From: an uncultured bacterium
Lineage (GTDB): Bacteria; Verrucomicrobiota; Kiritimatiellia; CAIVKH01
Assembly (NCBI GenBank): GCA_937958885.1
Contig: CALGMT010000024.1
Span: forward strand, 41,061-105,060
Length of the DNA stretch: 64,000 nt
Direction of reading: 5' to 3'
Shown: positions 38,501 through 47,500 of the stretch, piece by piece
Layout: every line of letters begins with the position of its first letter
How positions within the stretch are numbered: position 1 is the stretch's first letter
The notes under the pieces: generated by a model
The model's input: the letters and a program-made list of their open reading frames with translations, nothing else
The model's database searches: none
Told to the model about the DNA's origin: nothing
Translations under genes and position numbers: made by a program

Positions 38501-41500
38501 CGACAAGATTTACGTCGCATGGGAGGAAGGCACTCAATTCGATCCGAATAGCGCGATCACGAATCAGCGCGTTTTCCTCCGCGCGTTCAACGGTTCCGAC
38601 TGGGTCCAGTTGGGCGGGTCGGCATCCGGCTTCGGCGTCAGCAAAAACACGAACGGTTACGACGCGACACGCCCGGTTGTCGGTGTGATGGGCGACGGCT
38701 CGCCGGTCGTAGCGTGGCTGCAAGATGGATTTGCGCCCAACTTGAGGCGTGTTTTTGTCGCTCGCTGGGACGGCACCAACTGGGTTGGTATGGCGGGTTC
38801 ACATACGAACGGCGTGCCGACGCCGGCGGCAACCAAACTGGCTGATGAACTCTCGATGACCATCAACGGCGTCGGGAATCCCGTGCTGGCCTTCAAGGAG
38901 CAGACGAATCCCGACGGCATCGTGGTCCTGCAATGGACCGGCGCGGCGTGGGGCAACATCAGTCCGCCGGATGTGCCGCCGTTTCTAGAAAAGCCGCGCA
39001 TTGCATCCGGGCCCGGACCGAATAACCTCGCGCTCGCGTGGATTCAGACGTACGGCGCAGCGCCGGGCATCTATCAGTCCCTCCAAGTGTATGCGGCGCG
39101 CTATAACGGCACCTGGTCTGCGGTCGGCGGCTCGCAGACATTCCCCGGCATCAGCGCGGCGACAAATCTCACCGAGCGCCCCCGCGATTTGGCGGTCGGC
39201 GTCGCGTTCAACAACAATATCACCGTGATGTGGCAGGGCGGAACGAACGAACAGGAGCGCACGATCATGGGTCGCCGCTGGACAGTTGGGGCGACGAATT
39301 GGACGGATATCAGCGGTTCCTCACGCGCGCCGGGCATCACCAAGGTGTTCGATGCCTATTCCACGCCGAGCATGGCGATCGATGGCGCCGGTTTGCCTAT
39401 TGTGGCCTTCGCGAACACGTCGTTCCAGGCCAACGAACAAGAGGTGCAGACTTACACCCTCGTGGGCGACCGCTCGCCGCCGACGTTCGCCGGCCTGCAG
39501 ACGGCGCTGGGAGGGACAAACAACAATGTCACGCTCGGATGGCTGCCTGCGACCGACGACACGTCCACAACGATCGTGTATCGCATTTATCGCGGCACAC
39601 AAACTTTTGCGTGCGGCGTCTCGCCGACCTGCGATAGCGGCAACGTGTTCAGCAACCAGATCGCGACGGTCACCAACACGACGACCTTCACCGTCACCGG
39701 CCTGACGGCGAACTTGATTTATTGCTTCGGCGTTCGCGCGGTGGATGAAAACGGGTTGATCGAATCCAATACGGTGGTGCGTTCCGCCGGCCCGGTTTCC
39801 GGTGTCGGCGACAACGACGGCGACTGTCTGCCCAACGCGCTCGAACTCGCGGCGGGCACCGAACCCTGCGTGAAGGATACGGACGGCGACGGGATGTGGG
39901 ACGGCTGGGAATGGGCGTTCTCAACGAACAACCTTGCTAAGACGAATCCCATTTCGATTTTCAATACCAATGTTATTTTCCTCAGCCCGATCGACAACGG
40001 CATCGACAATATTCGAACCCCGACGCCGAATGACGGCGATCCGATCAATCTGCCTGGCGCCGATCCCGACGGCGATGGCGCGTCGAGCTTCGAAGAGTTC
40101 CTCTGGTGGCTCAACAACGGTGCGAGCTGCGCGATCACGAACGTGTCGGTGCCTGCCGGGCCGAATCCGACGGCCTTTGACACCGACGGCGACGGCATGC
40201 CCGACGGCTGGGAAATGTTGAATGGCCTAAATCCCATCAATCCGTCTGACGCCTCGGGTGATCTTGACGGCGACGGTCTGACCAATCTTCAGGAATACCA
40301 ATTCGGCTCCGATCCGCGTAACACCGACAGCGACGGTGATGGGCTCTCCGACGGCGCTGAGGTCAACATTTACGGAACCAATCCTGCGACGGCCGATTCG
40401 GACGGCGACGGGTTGGATGACGGCTATGAAGTCCTGATCGGCTCCAATCCGCGCCGTGCGGATAGCAACGGCAATTTCCTCGCCGACGGCGACGCGATCC
40501 AGCTCGGACTCAGCCCGACCGGCGCGGTGCAGGCCTACAAGATCCTGTTCAACGAGACCTTTGAATCGACATCGACGACGGTTGCAGCGTGGACCAGCTA
40601 CCCGTTGAGCGGACCGTCCTTCTTCAACATGTGGCACATTTCCGCCGTCGAACCGGCGCCGGAGACCAGCCCGTTTGACATCGTGTTCTTCGGTGAGCGA
40701 AGCACGAACCGCGCCTATCGCGCGGCGCGCGACGTGACGCCGACACCCGGAACGGACACCAATGCGACCTACAACATCGGCGCGCCTGTCGCAATGGCGC
40801 TGCAGACGCCGACGCTGACCAACGCAGCGCTTTCGGTTTCAAACCTTTTTGTCGCGTGGACCGAATACTATGAGACGGAACCGGAATTCGACCAGATGGT
40901 TGTCCAGGCGCGCGCGTTGCCGAACACGAACTGGATCAATATCAGCGAAATTCGGTCCGGATTGAGCGGTGTGACCAATTTCGCCGGCACGAATGTCAAG
41001 GCGCGATGGGTCAATCGCATCGCCGATGCGAGCGCGTTTGCCGGCAAGTCGAACGTGCAGGTTCGGTTCCTCTTCAGCGTGCTCAACAGTATCAACAACG
41101 ATTACCGCGGCTGGTGGGTGGACGATGTGCGGATCTACGAGGGCACCGTGATCCAAGGCTGGGTGCGGGACATTAACGGGCGCGCGGTTCAGGGCGCGAC
41201 GGTGCGCGCGATGGGGTCCGGCGGTCTCACGAACCGGGTCAATGGGCATCGCTTTGTCCTGCCGGGCAAGGTGTTTGGCGAGTCCGTCACCGCAGTGGAC
41301 GGCAGCTATCGTATCGCCGGCTTGCCGATGGGTAAATTCTACTTGAAGGCCTCGGCGGAGGGCTATCTCGACGAGTTTTACGACGGTCCGCTATTCACCA
41401 ACGGATACGCCTTCGGCAATGGATTCCGTCCCGGTGTATTCGAGCGTGAATCGGTGTCGCCTCTCGGCGTGATCGGTCTGCTGACGCCCGGTGCGGCGAC

Positions 41501-44500
41501 CAATGCGCATTTCGAACTGGAATTCGGGCAGGGCCGCCCGCGACTCGGGGTATCGCTGGTCGATGCCGGCGGCGTCAAGCACCCTGTATTCATAAACGGG
41601 ATGGGTTCGACTGTTTGGAACGGCAGCACAAGCGCGCCCGCACTAGTGAGCTATGTCACGTCGACGAATCCGCTGCTGAAGCCGAACTTCCCCGATTGGC
41701 TGACGAACGCAGTGGCGCCGAATTACCATGCGGATCTGGCGCCCGGACAGCATTTGATCTTCGCCGGAACCAACTTGCCGCTGTTCCCGCTGCTGCCCGT
41801 CGATCTGCGAGAGGGCGAGAGCACCCTGGTGATCATCGAGACCAATCAGGCGTTTTCGCGCCTGTTCATCGAAGTCGCGGACGGCGGCGTCTACAACGTG
41901 CGGGTTAACGGACGGCTGCTGACCAATCAGACGCCCACCATTGTGGACGTGCGCGCGGGGCTGCATGAGGTGACGCTGGTGAAGACCGGCGCCACGGCGC
42001 GTATCGGCGCCAAGCTGGTGGACGCGCCTATCGGCGCGCGAAAGCTCGTGACCTTCTCGACAAACGAAACGCTGGGCGCGGTCGGTTCGCTCAAATTGTC
42101 CGCGAAAGATCCGTTCGGCAACGCCATCACCGGCTTGACGGTCGCGATCAACGGGGTGCCGGTGGCGTCCAATGAGGTGGCGGGATCCTCGCTCGATGCG
42201 TCCCCCCTCATCATTCAAGGTCTCCGGCCCGGCTCGCATGTGATCAACGTGCAGAAGCCCGGGTACCGTGCGAATGCGCGGCGGCCGGTCGATATCTTTA
42301 GCGGGGTGGAGAGCGAGGTCGTCCTCGTGCTCTACGAATCGGATGCCGACTTCGACCGCGTCGGCGACGCGCTGGAAATCGAGAGTTACACGAATCGGTT
42401 CCTCTTCCACCGCAACAATGACCCGGACATCGATGGCCTCAACAATCAGCAGGAATTCGACCTGTTCCGATTGTTCGGCATCCGGCTCAATATCTTCAAC
42501 GCCGATACCGACGGGGACGGCCTCTCCGACGGAAAGGAAGTCGGTTACAACGGCTTCACCAATCGGTTCGCCCGATCGATACTCTATACGAACGCGATCC
42601 AATTTACGCCGGTCGTGCAGTCGATGTTTGTCGGACGCTACTTGGACGGCATCGATAATTTCGGCGTCGGCACGGGCGTGGTCGCGTCCATCGGCGGCGA
42701 TCGCTTCGTCGGCGATATCGTCCACCCGATCCTGCCGGTGCCGACGAAAGAACCCGCGCTCACGGTCTTCACGAATATCCCGACCTTCCCGCCGAAGCGG
42801 GCGATCAACCGCGGCCACTTGTCGATGGCGGCCATCTTTGCCGACAGCATGCCGCACCAGGTGGATACCGATGGCGACGGCATGTGGGACGGGTTCGAAT
42901 ATCAATACAGCACGAATGCCGCGATGCTTGACCTGCTTGACGACAGCGACGCGGGCCTCGATCCGGATTTCGACGACCTCACCAATCTCCAAGAATTCCT
43001 CGGTGTGGACGGCATCGCCAATACAAACGATTGGCTCAATCCCGGCAAGGCCGACACCGACGGCGACTTCATGCCGGATGGATGGGAAATGCAGTACGGC
43101 CTCAATCCGCTCTCCGCCTCGGATGCGTTCCTTGACAAGGACGGCGACGGCCTGCTGAACCTGCACGAGTATCTCGTCGGCACCTCGCCGCTGCTGACGG
43201 ATACCGATGCCGACTTCCTGCCGGATTACGAGGAGGTCATGATTTACATGACCGATCCGTTGAACCCAGACACCGACGGCGACGGTCTGCTGGACGGTCG
43301 CGAAGTGTGGGACAAGAACATGGACGGCATTCGCGACGGCGGCTTCTTCCCGAACTGGTACACGGGCGCCGACATGGACGGCGACGGCTACTGGGACGGC
43401 CCGACCGATTGGGATACCGACGGCGACGGCATGCCGGACGGCTTTGAAGTCCTCGATCGCTTCGGCAACATTCGACCGGAAGGTGCGCGGCTCAATCCGT
43501 CCGATCCTACGGATGCAGATGAGGACCCGGATGGCGACGGACTGACGAATTTACAAGAATATCTCGTGCGCGACGCGCTGTTCGGGAACCATCCGTCACA
43601 ATTTTCCGACTTCCACGCGGCATGGTACGGCTACGCGCCTGTCAGATGGCGATTCACTGCTCGTCCATTTGCGTTCGAGTTCCCCGTGTGGGATTACGCC
43701 ACCGATCCATTCAACGCCGACACCGACGGCGACGGCATTCCGGACGGCTACGAGGTGCTGTTCGGTCTCCACCCGATGGATCCGATCCCGACGGAGTACG
43801 GCAGTTCCTTGCTACGATACCCGCCGATCGGCCCCTATGGCGATCCGGATCAGGACGGTCTATGGAATGACTTCGAATACAGGATCCGTTTCGCTATTGA
43901 CGGCGCCTTCTCCACCAACGCCGCCTTCGGCAGCAGCACGCACCCGTGGCGATCCGACTCCGATGGGGACGGCGTGCCCGACGGGTTCGAGCATCACGCC
44001 CTGTTCGGCAATCCTACGCAGCAGGACACCGACGGCGACCGGCTGATGGACGGCATGGGCGTGCCCGGCAAATGGGGCGAAGTTCAGTCGGTTCGCAGAG
44101 TGGATTATGAGGTGGTGGCCTGCTCGACCTGCACATGGGCGGATGCCGCTGCGATTGCCGCCGCTACCCCGCACCCCGACAACCCGGCGGTATTGGGCCA
44201 TTTGGCGGTCATCAGCGATATCCAGGAATTGAACAACGTGCGATCCCTGCTCGGACCCGGCATGACCAATATCGCGCTCGGCTTCCTGGATGCGGAGGGC
44301 GAGGGGGTCTATTCCACCGTCACCGGCGAACCCTTTGTGTTCCACTACTTCGCGACAAACGAACCGGCGATTGTGCCGGGTGTGACCAACGTCGGGTTTA
44401 CGCGTCCGGACGGCTGGTGGGGCGTCGCGCTCGACACCGATCCGATGGACCATTTCGTGATCGAGTGGGCCTATACGCCAATGACGAATCACTACGACGG

Positions 44501-47500
44501 CGCGACGAACGACCTGTGGGAACTCGTCTGGCCGCTGGCGGACGGTCCGTCCCGTCCTTATTGGCAGCGCGTCAACATCGACAGCAACTCGCCAACGCCC
44601 CCCAACCGCTGGGGCGCGGCGATGGTTTATAACCCCGCCTTCGAGCGGAAGAACCGCCGTTTTGACGGCTCGGAGCCGGGATCTCGATACCACTATTCGG
44701 GGGTCACGGTACTCGACAATCGCAAGCTCATCGTGATTGGCGGCGTGGACGGTGTCGATCGTTACACCGATATTTGGGAGTTCAGCATCCGCTCGAACGA
44801 GTGGCGGAAGAGCGTCCAGAGCCTCCTAACTCCCGCGAATGCTTCGCCCGGCTTACAGGGGCTGCACTCGGGCTTGAGCGATTTTGGCGCGGTACTGCTC
44901 ATGGGGTATCGCAATACGAAAGACGATGCCTGTTCCTGCCTCTTTGTACCTTGGAACTGCGACGGCGAAGATTTCGGCGAACCGAAAAACCGTCCCTGGA
45001 ATAATGGATTCAAGCAGTCCAGCTATGACCATACCTACATTCTGGGCGGATGGAACGACCAGCATGAGTATCAGTTGCCGGAGCCGATGCGGACGGTTCT
45101 TTATAAATCGACAGACGATCGGACACCCGTGCGCGAGATGAACGACGACGAGGACGACCAGGACGGATGGTCCGCGCGCGTCGGCATCGTCATTCAGAAC
45201 TATACCAACCTGCTGAGCCCGCCCATCGTCACAGTGACAAACGGGATTGTCGGGTACGGACGGCTCTTCACCGATAACGAGCAGGTGCCGGTTGGCACGT
45301 ATATCGACAGCTATACGACCGATGTGACGGAAGGAGATACCCGATTGGTCACAACGGTCACGCGGTCGAACGCTGTTGCAGGGGTGCGCTTTGCGAACTT
45401 CCCCTTCGTGCCCTCCTGCGATGAGATCGTTTACGCGGGATTGCGATTGGACATCAGCCGGAAACCCGCTCCGACCACCGTGTTCACGATTATTGCAGAA
45501 TACGATGATGTGGTTCGCACCGCGCGCCCGTACGAGGAAAGCGACGCCGGCAACAACATCACTGTCGTGGAGAGTCACCATCCAATTACACGGCTGAATC
45601 GCCCATTCAACTCCACGCCGCTGGACACTGTCTTCACCAACTACCGTTCCTATAACATCAACCTGGCGCTCTCCACGCCGAGCGCGTCATCCGACTTTCT
45701 CGAACTGGATGTCACCCCGATCGTGCAGGAGTTGATTGCGAGCGGGAACTGGCAGGGGCAGGCTATTGGGTTCCTTCTTCTGGAAACCAACGGAGTGCCG
45801 GACTATGCGCTCTTCCGGGAAAATAAATCCCGTCTGATCGTCGAATACGTGCCTTCCTACATTCGCCCTCCCGCATGGCTGGTGGGCGCCACCGTTCAAG
45901 CCGAAAACGGGGAAATCCCGAGTCGTCGGAAATCGTTCGGTATCGTGTACGACCACGGCCAGAACAAGCTCGTTCTCTTCGGCGGCATGAATGGGCGCAC
46001 GGTTTTCAACGAAACCTACGAAGCCAGTCTGATCGGCGAAAACGACGACGGCACGACTGCACCGGTGGAAGGTGACGGCTCTCAAACAAAGCTCGTACGC
46101 TTTGTGTCGTGGACCAAAGTCAACCCCGCGGTATCTCCGTCGGCGCGCTGGGGCCACTCGATGGTGTACGACGATATCTATCAACGCGTCGTGCTATTCG
46201 GCGGCTTCGATGCGCAGAATCGCCCCTTGAACGACTTGTGGGAATACGACACCGAGAACCAGACCTGGACCGAGATCACGGCCTTCCAAGATGGCCAGCG
46301 CCCAAGCCCGCGCGGCGGCGCGATGATGGCATTCTACGGCGCCGAGTTCTACAAGCGCGGCGCTGGGGGTGATTATAAATCGACGAAGCGAAATCGTTTC
46401 GTGCTCTTCGGCGGAACGGACGGCAAGAACTACTACAACGACACATGGGTGTTCTACCGTGACTTCAGCAATCCCATCTTGGAGCAACAGACCGGCAATC
46501 GGTGGACGCTGGTGGACCCGGGCGGAGAGCAGTCGCGTGGGCCGAGCCCGCGGGCCTTCGGCGCAATAGCATATGCGCAAAACGGCGGAGAACGCCCCGA
46601 TCCCTTCGGCATCGGACCATATGGCCGCAATGAAGCCGGCGGGAATGTTGCCGCAAGCGCGACCGTCCTGTTGTTCGGCGGACGAGTGGGTGCGCTCCCA
46701 GCCGGATCCGACACGGATCGCGATCTGGTACCGGACGGTCTGGAGCACGAGCTGGGCGGGTTTGCCGCCGGGCGCGATCCGCGCGTCAACGCGCTGGTGA
46801 ATCCGGATGGCGCGGAAACCGTTCCGTACAATGTGAAGCGCCTGGGCGCGTGGCCCGGGCGCATGAACTGGCTCACGCGTCCGCACATCGCGGACCTGGA
46901 AGTGCTATCCTACGTCGACCGCGGCGAGGCTTGGCGCAGCCAACTCTTTACATGGCAGGGCTGGCCGATCGAGACCTCGTTCACAAACGAGAACTATGTG
47001 ATCGGCGACGAAACGCGGGCGCCGTTCGAGACCCCTTACACAGACCGCGTGGTGTACGTGACGGGAATCGACGCGCTATCGCCCGATTGGACCAACCTCT
47101 GGTACCACCGGTATCCGCTGAATCTCGGCGACCCGCGCGACGATCGGAACGTCTGGCAGCTCGGGATTCCGATTCTAACGGGCTCGAACAGCAACTCCGC
47201 GCCGCCGTATGCGTACAGCGGGCGTTGGGTATACGGCACGCGGCTCAATGGGTTCTATCCGAGCGCCGCGACGATGGAACTCTACAGCCCGATCTTCAAC
47301 ACCCTCGTGCCGGACCCGAGCACGCCGCATCCGGATAATGCGAATGCGTTTTTCCTGATGTTCCACGAGTGGCTCGATCTTGCGGACAGTAACGACTTCG
47401 TTCGCGTGGATATCGTGCGTCCCTCCACGCCGGCCGATATCGCGACCCGTGTGTCGGGGTTGAATCGCCCAACCATCACCGTGGTGCCGAACCGAAACTC

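Noticed and set aside
44114-44470. The C-type-lectin-like fold was considered as a target of a diversity-generating retroelement.
   Set aside because: I saw no reverse transcriptase, accessory gene or template repeat in the 64 kb. The idea is kept only as a whole-genome check.
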